Shown: positions 25,049 through 32,000 of the stretch, in pieces
Layout: every line of letters starts with the position of its first letter
How positions within the stretch are numbered: position 1 is the stretch's first letter
DNA from: Candidatus Korarchaeum cryptofilum OPF8
GTDB lineage: Archaea > Korarchaeota > Korarchaeia > Korarchaeales > Korarchaeaceae
Direction: 5' to 3'
DNA length: 32,000 bases
NCBI RefSeq assembly: GCF_000019605.1
Contig: NC_010482.1
Span: 510,001-542,000 of the forward strand
The notes under the pieces: model-generated
Database searches by the model: none
What the model saw: the letters and a program-made list of their open reading frames with translations, nothing else
What the model was told of the DNA's origin: nothing
Translations under genes and position numbers: made by a program

Positions 25049-26329
25049 ATGACAGAGCGGGAGCATCCTTTTATGTTGCATCCGCCATTAGAGGATATGG
25101 AACCTCTGATAAGGGGGATAATCACTGTAAGCATATTGATCATAGCGGCTAAGCTCTTCTCAGGTGTATTCAGAGGGCTCAAGCTCCCTCCGGTCCTGGG
25201 TGAGCTCTTCGCGGGGATCCTACTCGGCCCCTACGCCCTCGGAGGAGGTATCCTAATCTTCGGGGAGCCCCTAGTAGTGATAAACGAATACGTTGAAGGC
25301 TTCGCTGAAATAGGAGCAATACTCCTCCTTCTAGCGGCTGGTATAGAGCTGGGATTGGAGAGTTTGAGGGCATCCGGGATGATAGCTGCCTTGATAGCCA
25401 CTGGAGGAGGTATCTTACCCTTCCTCCTGGCCTACTACTTCTACTTGACCACTGGGAGCAGCGAGGCCGTAGCACTAATAGCTGGAGCTGCATTCGTAGC
25501 CACTAGCATAGCGATATCCAAGAGGATATTGAGCGACATGGGGCTGCTCAGCACTAGGATGGGAGCTACTCTGATGAGCGCAGCTGTCCTAGATGACATA
25601 GTGGGCATAGTAGTTCTGGGTGTCGTCGTGAGCGCTATATCGGGTGGATCGCTAGACCCACTGTCCATAGCATGGAAGACGGCATCCTTCATAGTGATCT
25701 GGCTAATAATCCTAGGGATATCGGTAGCGATAATACCGAGGTTCATAGAGGCCCTGGAGGACTTCGGCGGGAAGGGAGCTGTGAAAGCTATAGCTATCTC
25801 AGCCGGCCTCGGCACGGCTTCCGTGACAGGAGCCCTCGGGCTCAGCCCCCTGGTCGGAGCTTACGCTGCTGGGCTGGCGATAGGTGAGTCCAAGTGGAGG
25901 GAGGAGATAATGGAGCTAGTCTCGGATTTGGAGGCGATATTCGGATCTATCTTCTTCGCGTACCTCGGGACCCTCCTAGACCTCAGAGTGATGAGCGATC
26001 CGAAGGTAGTGAGCGTCATACTGATCCTCACGGCCCTCGCAATGGCTGGGAAGTTCGTAGGCGCTGCGATACCATCGCTCCTATCCCTCAGCTTGAGGGA
26101 GGCCGTTGGGTTAGGGGTGGGTATGATGCCGAGGGGGGAGCTCGGGTTGATAATAGCTTCGATAGGTATCACCACTGGAGCTTTAGGGAGCGAGGCTTAT
26201 GCCGAGATAGTGGGGATGGTCGCCCTCACTACGCTACTATCTCCATTAATACTGGAGAGGGTATGCAGGAGGGGGATGGGAGATGATAGAAGCGGGGTTG
26301 GAGGCGGAGAGGAAGTTCAGAGTAACTGA
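25049..26329 (+). CDS. CPA2-family cation:proton antiporter (Kef/NapA-like)
   Basis: 426 aa; in-frame ATG 25073 and ATG 25097 are alternative starts. It has about 12 TM segments. LGELFAGILLGPYALG and EIGAILLLLAAGIELGLE are typical of Na+/H+-exchanger-family proteins. Confidence 0.85.
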   Translation: MTEREHPFMLHPPLEDMEPLIRGIITVSILIIAAKLFSGVFRGLKLPPVLGELFAGILLGPYALGGGILIFGEPLVVINEYVEGFAEIGAILLLLAAGIELGLESLRASGMIAALIATGGGILPFLLAYYFYLTTGSSEAVALIAGAAFVATSIAISKRILSDMGLLSTRMGATLMSAAVLDDIVGIVVLGVVVSAISGGSLDPLSIAWKTASFIVIWLIILGISVAIIPRFIEALEDFGGKGAVKAIAISAGLGTASVTGALGLSPLVGAYAAGLAIGESKWREEIMELVSDLEAIFGSIFFAYLGTLLDLRVMSDPKVVSVILILTALAMAGKFVGAAIPSLLSLSLREAVGLGVGMMPRGELGLIIASIGITTGALGSEAYAEIVGMVALTTLLSPLILERVCRRGMGDDRSGVGGGEEVQSN

Positions 26330-26651
26330 GGAGATGCTAGCTAGCATAGTCGGAAGCGGGAGGGTCGATGTCCTCTCAACTCCCTCTATGATAGCTTTAA
26401 TGGAGAGCGTCTCGGAATCGATAGTAGCTGATAAACTCCCAGATGGTATGATCAGCGTGGGCACGATGGTCTGCGTGAGGCACAGGGCCCCAGCGTGGTT
26501 GGGGGATGAGATATTAGTTAGAGCGAGGCTCCTGGAGGTGAGCGGGAGGAGGCTGAAGTTCGAGGTGAGGTGCCTCAGGGGGGAGGAGGTCATAGGTGAG
26601 GGGGAGCATGAGAGGTTCATAGTTGAGAGGAAAAGGTTCAATAAACCTTAA
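26283..26651 (+). CDS. hot-dog fold thioesterase-family protein
   Basis: 122 aa. ATG 26283 is preceded by GGAGGGGG and overlaps the antiporter 3' end by 47 nt. The segments GSGRVDVLSTPSMIALMESVS...VGTMVCVRHRAPAWLGDEILVRARLLEVSGRRLKFEV...GEGEHERFIV match the small hot-dog thioesterase pattern. Confidence 0.7.
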   Translation: MIEAGLEAERKFRVTEEMLASIVGSGRVDVLSTPSMIALMESVSESIVADKLPDGMISVGTMVCVRHRAPAWLGDEILVRARLLEVSGRRLKFEVRCLRGEEVIGEGEHERFIVERKRFNKP

Positions 26652-26703
26652 TCTTTTTTAGAAAAGAATATATCCCTCGCGATCGGGAATACGTGGTGAG
26701 TCC

Positions 26704-27474
26704 ATGAGGGTATCTGAGTTCATGTCCCCCAATCCCCTGATAATAAACCCTGATATGAACCTCCTTCAGGCCCTCGAGATAATGGCTGAGAGGGATGTCT
26801 GGAGCCCCTTAGTTAAATCCGATAGGATATTAGGCTTCCTGACTGAGAGAGATCTCATAAATACTGTTGTCTCCCAGAAGATAGCGCCGGAACAACTCAG
26901 CGTGGCTGATGCAGCTAGCAGGAGATACGGGGTGGTGAGGCCCAGCGATAATTACGTGGACGCTGCTTCAGCGATGATGAAAGTTAAGTCTAGGCTCGTG
27001 GTCATGGAAGGTGAGGAGATAGTCGGCGTAGTTACTGCGGCCGATATAACTAGGGCTTACGCGAGCTCCAAGAGTAAAGTACCTCTCAGGCCTTACGCTA
27101 CATGGAGCGTGGTTAAGATAGGCATAGGGGAGAGCGTGGAGAGGGCGGTCGAGCTGATGAGGAGGGAGAGGATAGGCTGCCTCTTGCTCGAGGATGAGGG
27201 GGAGATAGTAGGGATATTCACTGAGAGGGATGTAGTTAAGGGATTCCTCATGGGAGGAGGTGATTACTGCGATCCTGTGGGGAAGTACGCGACTTTAAAG
27301 CTAATAACTATAGATCCCAACGCTACCTTGTCTGAGGCAGCTAGATTGATGGCCGAGAACAGGGTGAAGAGGCTCCCTATAGTGCAGGAGGGTAAGGTAA
27401 TCGGTATAATAACTGCTAGGGATGTAGTGGAGGGCATATGGAGGGAGTCGACTCTGGGAATAATGACGCCTTGA
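26704..27474 (+). CDS. CBS-domain protein (four CBS repeats, two Bateman modules)
   Basis: 256 aa. There are four repeats, each ending in a CBS-type G-hydrophobic-hydrophobic-T-x-x-D motif: ILGFLTERDLI, IVGVVTAADIT, IVGIFTERDVV and VIGIITARDVV. Confidence 0.85.
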   Translation: MRVSEFMSPNPLIINPDMNLLQALEIMAERDVWSPLVKSDRILGFLTERDLINTVVSQKIAPEQLSVADAASRRYGVVRPSDNYVDAASAMMKVKSRLVVMEGEEIVGVVTAADITRAYASSKSKVPLRPYATWSVVKIGIGESVERAVELMRRERIGCLLLEDEGEIVGIFTERDVVKGFLMGGGDYCDPVGKYATLKLITIDPNATLSEAARLMAENRVKRLPIVQEGKVIGIITARDVVEGIWRESTLGIMTP

Positions 27475-27482
27475 GGGGGAAG

Positions 27483-27734
27483 ATGAGGGTATTGGAGAGG
27501 ATAGAGATGGTCAAGGAGAAGTACAAGTGCCAGTACGTGCCCCTGATAAAGTTGACGAAGCTCCTCTCATCGATGGGCAATGAAGATGCTGTGGAAGTGC
27601 TCATAGATACGGATAGGTTCAGCTTAGAGTCTGTAGAAGCTTTAGCTAGAGCATACGGAGCTTCTTGCGAGATCGTATCCTCCAAGGGGAATCTCTTAGA
27701 GCTATTGATAAGGAGGTGTCGGGATGATCGCTAA
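27483..27734 (+). CDS. TusA/SirA-like small sulfur-carrier-fold protein with non-canonical Cys motif
   Basis: The track ORF starts at 27438, inside the CBS gene. ATG 27483, lying 8 nt after the CBS stop with a GAGGGGG run (27473-27479) just upstream, gives 83 aa. KEKYKCQYVPLIKLTKLLSSMGNEDAVEVLIDTD...LLELLIRR aligns by eye with E. coli TusA ([31 protein letters not shown]...YRYLIRK). Confidence 0.55.
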   Translation: MRVLERIEMVKEKYKCQYVPLIKLTKLLSSMGNEDAVEVLIDTDRFSLESVEALARAYGASCEIVSSKGNLLELLIRRCRDDR

Positions 27735-28920
27735 GATAAGGGAGGACTTCCCGATACTGAGGAGCGTGATATACTTCGATAACGCCGCGACGACCCAGAG
27801 GCCCAGGCAGGTGATAGAAGCTGAAAGGGAATTTTACGAGAGGTTCAACGCTAACGTCCATAGGGGAATACATAAATTGAGCAGGGAGGCTTCTGAGCTA
27901 TATGAGAGGGCTCACGAAACCCTGGCGAAATTCATAAACGCTGAATTCGAGGAGATCGTTTTCACATCGAACACGACCGATTCGATAAATATCGTGGCCT
28001 GGGGATGGGCAGTTTGGAATCTGAAGGAAGGAGATAAGATAGTGACCACTGAGATGGAGCATCACAGCAACATGCTGCCGTGGAGAATGATCTCAAAGCT
28101 GAGGGGATGCGAGCTAGCTTACGTTAAGGTGGATGAGTACGGAGTCCCGATCATGGAGGAGGCCGAGAGGCTCATAGATGAGAGGACCAAGTTAGTAGCT
28201 ATCTCAGGAATGTCAAACGTCACGGGAGCTATTCCAAACATTGAGAAATTCACAAAGCTAGCTAGGGAAGTTGGGGCATTAATATTGATAGATGGGGCCC
28301 AAATGGTCCCCCACATGCCCGTAGATGTGAAAAAGCTTGATTGCGATTTTCTAGCTTTCTCAGGGCATAAGATGCTCGGCCCCACGGGTACTGGAGTGCT
28401 ATACGGTAAGAGGGATTTGCTCGCGGAGATGATGCCAGCGAAACCGGGAGGGGGGACTATAGAGGATGTGACTCTCGAGGATCAGGAGTGGGCCGGCCTC
28501 CCGTGGAAGCACGAGGGAGGGACCCCGAACGTAGCTGGAGGTATAGGCTTAGCTGCTGCAGCTAATTACTTAATGGATGTGGGGATGGAATGGGTGAGGG
28601 AGCACGAAGTGAGGCTGACTCGCAGGGCACTGGAGCTCCTCTCGGGGATAGAAGGCATTAAGATCTACGGGCCGAGGAGGGCTGAGGAGAGAGGAGGCAT
28701 AGTTGCGTTCAACTTGAAGGGGATGGACCCCCACATGGTGGGGGCTCTACTTGATGCTAGAAATATAGCGGTCAGGACAGGGCTCCATTGCGCCCATCCC
28801 CTCCATAGGAGGCTAGGTGCTCCTCAGGGGACCGTTAGAGCCAGCTTCTACCTCTACAATACTGAGGAGGAGATAGGGATACTCCACGAGGAGCTAAAGG
28901 AGATAGCTACTCTCTCCTAA
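27724..28920 (+). CDS. sufS: cysteine desulfurase, class-V aminotransferase, group II (SufS/CsdA-like)
   Basis: 398 aa. AGGAGGTG (27711-27718) lies 5 nt upstream of the ATG, and the gene overlaps the TusA-like gene by 11 nt. Motifs are FDNAATTQRP, SGHKMLGPTGTGVLYG (PLP Lys) and RTGLHCAHP (catalytic Cys loop). Confidence 0.9.
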   Translation: MIAKIREDFPILRSVIYFDNAATTQRPRQVIEAEREFYERFNANVHRGIHKLSREASELYERAHETLAKFINAEFEEIVFTSNTTDSINIVAWGWAVWNLKEGDKIVTTEMEHHSNMLPWRMISKLRGCELAYVKVDEYGVPIMEEAERLIDERTKLVAISGMSNVTGAIPNIEKFTKLAREVGALILIDGAQMVPHMPVDVKKLDCDFLAFSGHKMLGPTGTGVLYGKRDLLAEMMPAKPGGGTIEDVTLEDQEWAGLPWKHEGGTPNVAGGIGLAAAANYLMDVGMEWVREHEVRLTRRALELLSGIEGIKIYGPRRAEERGGIVAFNLKGMDPHMVGALLDARNIAVRTGLHCAHPLHRRLGAPQGTVRASFYLYNTEEEIGILHEELKEIATLS

Positions 28921-28952
28921 AAAGAGAAGAGTCTAAAAAAGAGAGAAGGGAT

Positions 28953-30359
28953 TTACCAGAGGCCGAGTAGCTTCCAGTACGGAAGCCCTATCCCGAACCA
29001 GAGGAGCAGGTACAGAACGGATAGCAGGAAGCCGTAGCCCCACCATTCCTTTATGTCCAGGTAGCCTGAGCCGAAGTATATAGGCGCGGGCCCAGTGCCG
29101 TAATGTGTAGTGGCGGCCATCAAGTTAGTCAAGTATCCTAGGACGAGGGCTACGAGGAGAGGAGGAGCTCCAACACCAACCATAACTGCGGCGAAAGCGG
29201 GGAAGAATGCGGCAACGTGAGCTGTCATGCTCGCCATGAGATAGTGAACGTAATAGTAGATTATCGCTAGAACAACGAAGGCCGCTAGCCACTCCCAACC
29301 TGAGACTATGCCCTTGGATGCCTCAGCTATCCAGTTTATGACCCCGAGTTTGTTAAGCCCTGTAGCCAATGAGACGAGACCACCGAACCATATCAGGGCA
29401 TCCCATCCGCCTTTCTCCCCTAGCACATCCTCCCATCCTAGCACTCCGAATATCAGCATGAGGCTCAGGCCCACTAAAGCTGTGATAGTGGCATCTAGCT
29501 TTATCGTATCCCCTAGTATCCAGAGAGCTAAAACTATGAGGAATATTACTGCCAAGGTCTTCTCCTGTCTCGTCGCAGGCCCTAATTCCTTAAGCTTCTC
29601 CCTAGCGAGCTTGGGAGCCTCCTCACTAACTTTTATTTCAGGCTTAGTGATGAAGTAGATCAGAGGCGGTATTATTAGGAAAGTTATTATCCCAGGAAGT
29701 AAAGCGCCTATGAGCCAGTTGGTCCAAGTTACAGTGGCCTTTATCGTTTGAGATGCCAATTGGGCGACTAAGGGATTAGCAGCCATGCCAGTGAGGAACA
29801 TGGCGCCTGTCACGAGGGTCGTGTGATACTCGTTGAATATGAGGAACTTACCGACTTTCTTAGCTGTTGGTCCTGGTTCAGAATCGTAAGCGTGGCATAT
29901 ACTCCTCACTATCGGGTAGATCACTCCACCAGCTCTCGCAGTATTGCTCGGCATTGCTGGGGCGAGGACTAGATCCGTCAAAGATATGGAATAGCCTAGG
30001 GAGAGGGTCCTCCTACCGAGAGCTCTTATGAAGTAGTAAGCTATCCTCTCACCGAGCCTCGTCTTCAGGAAAGCTCTAGCAAACATATATGCGGTGAAGA
30101 TGAGCCAAACTGTTGAATTAGAGAAGCCAGAGAGTGCATCTCCTATCTTCAGGATGCCTGTAAGCGCAGAAACTCCCACGCCTATTATCACTATAGCTCC
30201 CTGTGGCAGGGGCCTGAGTATGAGTCCCAGTATGACAGCTATGAAGATGGCGAGCAGCCGCCAACCGTTGAGATCCATGCCAGCTGGGGGCGGGATGAAC
30301 CAGAGGATCAGGCCGACGAGGAGGACGAGCAAACCGTAAGCTATCTTCCTTCTATCCAT
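28953..30359 (-). CDS. DASS-family (SLC13-like) anion:cation symporter/exchanger
   Basis: 468 aa polytopic protein. It contains LAPAMPSNTARAGGVIYPI (SNT motif) and a second hairpin-like NLMAATTHYGTGPAPIYFGSGY. Confidence 0.85.
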   Translation of the reverse strand: MDRRKIAYGLLVLLVGLILWFIPPPAGMDLNGWRLLAIFIAVILGLILRPLPQGAIVIIGVGVSALTGILKIGDALSGFSNSTVWLIFTAYMFARAFLKTRLGERIAYYFIRALGRRTLSLGYSISLTDLVLAPAMPSNTARAGGVIYPIVRSICHAYDSEPGPTAKKVGKFLIFNEYHTTLVTGAMFLTGMAANPLVAQLASQTIKATVTWTNWLIGALLPGIITFLIIPPLIYFITKPEIKVSEEAPKLAREKLKELGPATRQEKTLAVIFLIVLALWILGDTIKLDATITALVGLSLMLIFGVLGWEDVLGEKGGWDALIWFGGLVSLATGLNKLGVINWIAEASKGIVSGWEWLAAFVVLAIIYYYVHYLMASMTAHVAAFFPAFAAVMVGVGAPPLLVALVLGYLTNLMAATTHYGTGPAPIYFGSGYLDIKEWWGYGFLLSVLYLLLWFGIGLPYWKLLGLW

Positions 30360-30369
30360 GGGGAAACCC

Positions 30370-30385
30370 CCTTCATAAATGAAGG
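30370..30385 (-). promoter_or_regulatory. 7-bp-arm palindrome between TATA-like box and DASS start codon
   Basis: CCTTCAT-aa-ATGAAGG lies at 30370-30385. The TATA-like TAAGTTTAAATTTTAGT (minus strand, 30388-30404) is immediately upstream, and ATG 30359 is 11 nt downstream. Confidence 0.5.
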
Positions 30386-30802
30386 TGACTAAAATTTAAA
30401 CTTATTTGTTTTCGTTTTCTGTCGAATTACATTTTTCTTAAACATGCTCTTGGACAAAATTCTCATTATTTTATATAGATATCCGATTCTTGCTTATAAA
30501 TATAATATATTACGGCGAGATAAGTCCTCTTTAAACTTTTACCTATATAGATCATAGAGAAAAATGCAGATAGGAGATATAAATATATTAATTCTAACAA
30601 TTTTTGGATATTAATTTTATGAAAGAATCGATTTTCATGATAAGTATGTAGCCAGAAATAGAGAAGGGTTCCCGAAGGGCAACTCCCTGCGATAGTTTGG
30701 CGCACTGAGAGGTCTCGCCTACCACTCTCTAGCAAAATTTTTTAGCCACATTATTCCTTACATCCCACATAAGGATTATCTAGCGATCATTATTTTTAGT
30801 GA

Positions 30803-31630
30803 TTATCGTTTATTTTTAATCCCCTCTATTTTTAATCTTCTCAATACCAATATGGCTGCTAGTATTAATGAAGCTGCCAGGACAGGTAGCCCTAGGGGGA
30901 ATCCGAAGAGCTCATCCTCCACTCTCAGGGGGAGCGATAGTGAGTTGGAGATCGAGCTGAGGGTACCGTTGAATAGAGCGACAGGATAGAGGCTTCCACT
31001 CATCAATCTCAGCCAGGAGAGGATGTATGAGAGAGTTAATGTGAGAAGAAGGAATGAGATCAGCCCTAGTGCATCTTCATGTTTCGGATAAATCTTTGTG
31101 AATATGAATGCTAAGGGGATACGCCATAACCACCAGATAGAGCCTATTATGATCGATGATCTGAATAATCCGAATCTTATAGTCTCCTCTAGCAAGAACC
31201 CTCTCCAGCCTATTTCCTCAATTAGCGAGGCGATCGTATTCACAGTCATCCCGGAGAGGAAGCTGGAGAGCACTAGCATTAAGCTCCCGAGCTCATCGTA
31301 TGATATGAGCTCCAATCCGGAGTAGCTGACCTTGAGGGGGATCTCGTTGATCGAAAGCGTTATCACATAGCTGATAGCTATTATCGATATAGAGAATATC
31401 AGGGAGTGAGCGATATACCTCCTCTTGAATGATGGGCTCAGGAGCCTCTCTAGGAGATCACCGAAGTATGCGAAGCTTACCAGAGCTACTCCTAAAGCCG
31501 GTATCAAAAACCTGGAGGTGAGCAGGAGCTTAGCTAGAGGTGGGGAGGCCTTAACAATCACGATTATCGTTATATCGAGAGCTATCGTGAGGGAGAATGT
31601 CACCAATATGTATTTCAGAAGTCTCCTCAT
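30803..31630 (-). CDS. CPBP (CAAX protease/Abi)-family intramembrane protease-like protein
   Basis: 275 aa polytopic protein with motif 1 EExxxR present as SLIEEIGWRGFLLEE. By eye it has lower GC than neighbouring genes. Confidence 0.75.
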   Translation of the reverse strand: MRRLLKYILVTFSLTIALDITIIVIVKASPPLAKLLLTSRFLIPALGVALVSFAYFGDLLERLLSPSFKRRYIAHSLIFSISIIAISYVITLSINEIPLKVSYSGLELISYDELGSLMLVLSSFLSGMTVNTIASLIEEIGWRGFLLEETIRFGLFRSSIIIGSIWWLWRIPLAFIFTKIYPKHEDALGLISFLLLTLTLSYILSWLRLMSGSLYPVALFNGTLSSISNSLSLPLRVEDELFGFPLGLPVLAASLILAAILVLRRLKIEGIKNKR

Positions 31631-31647
31631 CGATACCTGTAGCTCTT

Positions 31648-31659
31648 AAAAATAAAAAA
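31648..31659 (-). terminator. T-tracts after the radical SAM gene, overlapping the CPBP gene's TATA-like element
   Basis: The minus strand reads GTTTTTTATTTTTAAG, starting 9 nt after stop 31669-31671 and about 20 nt upstream of ATG 31630. Confidence 0.35.
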
Positions 31660-31668
31660 CCTAACGGA

Positions 31669-32000
31669 TCATCGGCCTGAGGATGCTCCCCTATAAGGAG
31701 GCTTCGGAGATCCTAGGCTAAGAGGCCCCCTCTGCTGAATGAACTTTCCCCTCATCGGTATCTCTGCCCCGCATCTGGGGCACCTCCACTTCCCCCCTTC
31801 CTGAATCAGGCTGAAGTGAGTCACTCTACACATCCTCCTTCGGATGAGGAGCTTCCCGCACTTAGGGCAGAAGGTACTCTCTAGATCGGGATCCCAAACG
31901 TTCCCCACGTAAACGAAGTTGATACCCTCCCTCATAGCCCTCTCCCTGAAGTTGAGGAGCTTTTTGAGATCGGTCTCAGGCTCCCTCCATCTATTCGCTG
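31669..32000 (-). CDS. amrS: AmmeMemoRadiSam-system radical SAM enzyme, C-terminal fragment (5' end outside window)
   Basis: The minus-strand frame stays open upstream of the track's ATG 31935 to the window edge (...ANRWREPETDLKKLLNFRERAMREGINFVYVGNV...). The tail VYVGNV...TFCPKCGKLLIRR...WRCPRCGAEIPMRGKF is the typical zinc-ribbon-like end of this PflA-like family. Confidence 0.7.
   Translation of the reverse strand, partial: ANRWREPETDLKKLLNFRERAMREGINFVYVGNVWDPDLESTFCPKCGKLLIRRRMCRVTHFSLIQEGGKWRCPRCGAEIPMRGKFIQQRGPLSLGSPKPPYRGASSGR

Noticed and set aside
26283-26329. The 47-nt overlap between the antiporter and the hot-dog gene as a frameshift or fusion
   Set aside because: Both frames are independently supported. 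The antiporter tail ends in a normal stop, and the hot-dog ORF has its own GGAGGGGG-ATG context. No slippery sequence was noticed.
30636-30708. C/D-box sRNA (ATGATAA ... CTGA) or a tRNA within the GC island
   Set aside because: The C box is imperfect, and there are no convincing internal D'/C' boxes or terminal stem. No T-arm (GTTCRANYC) or cloverleaf can be drawn on either strand.
30466-30735. 89-aa minus-strand ORF in the AT-rich spacer
   Set aside because: It has a TTG start, and its codon usage (TTA/AAA/TAT/ATA-rich) is unlike every confident gene here. The product is low in complexity. It spans the GC island that is better explained as structured RNA or non-coding DNA.
30386-30802. AT-rich spacer as a replication origin
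   Set aside because: There is no adjacent orc1/cdc6 gene. I could not find repeated ORB or mini-ORB-like elements flanking the AT-rich stretch; only a short GTTTTCGTTTTC tandem is present.
1-32000. Mobile elements, prophage or defence islands (integrases, transposases, cas, restriction-modification, toxin-antitoxin pairs)
   Set aside because: None of the ORFs of 60 aa or more shows motifs of these families. The only compositional anomaly is the 30.4-31.6 kb region, which lacks recombinase genes or flanking direct repeats that I could detect by eye.

Overview
This is a dense, almost entirely protein-coding 32 kb segment that looks archaeal. Supporting signs are a deoxyhypusine synthase gene, AT-rich TATA-like boxes 20-45 nt upstream of starts (several genes look leaderless), strong AGG/ATA/CTC codon bias, roughly 50% GC, frequent GTG/TTG starts and 1-15 nt gene overlaps. 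The host is probably a thermophilic peptide or amino-acid fermenter; I cannot name it from sequence alone. I call 33 CDS, two of them cut by the window edges. I found no rRNA or tRNA genes, no CRISPR array and no transposase or integrase. Content in order: (1) an arginine deiminase module (OTCase 3' end, APC permease, ADI); (2) a minus-strand array of Opp/Dpp-type ABC importer genes followed by deoxyhypusine synthase and an atypical type-III PLP decarboxylase-fold gene; (3) a divergent family-5 binding protein; (4) an MBL hydrolase; (5) a coiled-coil protein built from 75-bp tandem repeats with a PD-(D/E)xK-like C-terminus; (6) a CopB-type P1B ATPase with TRASH and His-rich N-terminus; (7) rubrerythrin; (8) two membrane proteins; (9) a glycyl radical enzyme (single-Cys GCVE loop, RVAGYS glycine loop) with its three-cluster activase and a translationally coupled, signal-less HtrA protease; (10) convergent RidA and threonine dehydratase; (11) a membrane-anchored beta-propeller protein; (12) a NifX-like gene paired with a Trp-rich DUF5320-like gene; (13) a CPA2 antiporter; (14) a hot-dog thioesterase; (15) a CBS / TusA-like / SufS-type cysteine desulfurase operon; (16) a DASS anion transporter; (17) a ~440-bp AT-rich spacer containing a GC-rich island; (18) a CPBP-type membrane protease-like gene; (19) the 3' end of an AmmeMemoRadiSam-type radical SAM gene. 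The best candidates for something undescribed are: the archaeal GRE-activase-HtrA unit of unknown substrate (with its flanking membrane proteins and tdc-like RidA/IlvA neighbours); the repeat-expanded coiled-coil/nuclease-like protein; the dys-linked decarboxylase-fold protein that seems to lack the catalytic Cys; the Trp-rich DUF5320-like/NifX pair; and the CBS/TusA-like/SufS unit. All family assignments come from motif recognition by eye, and none has been verified by a database search.
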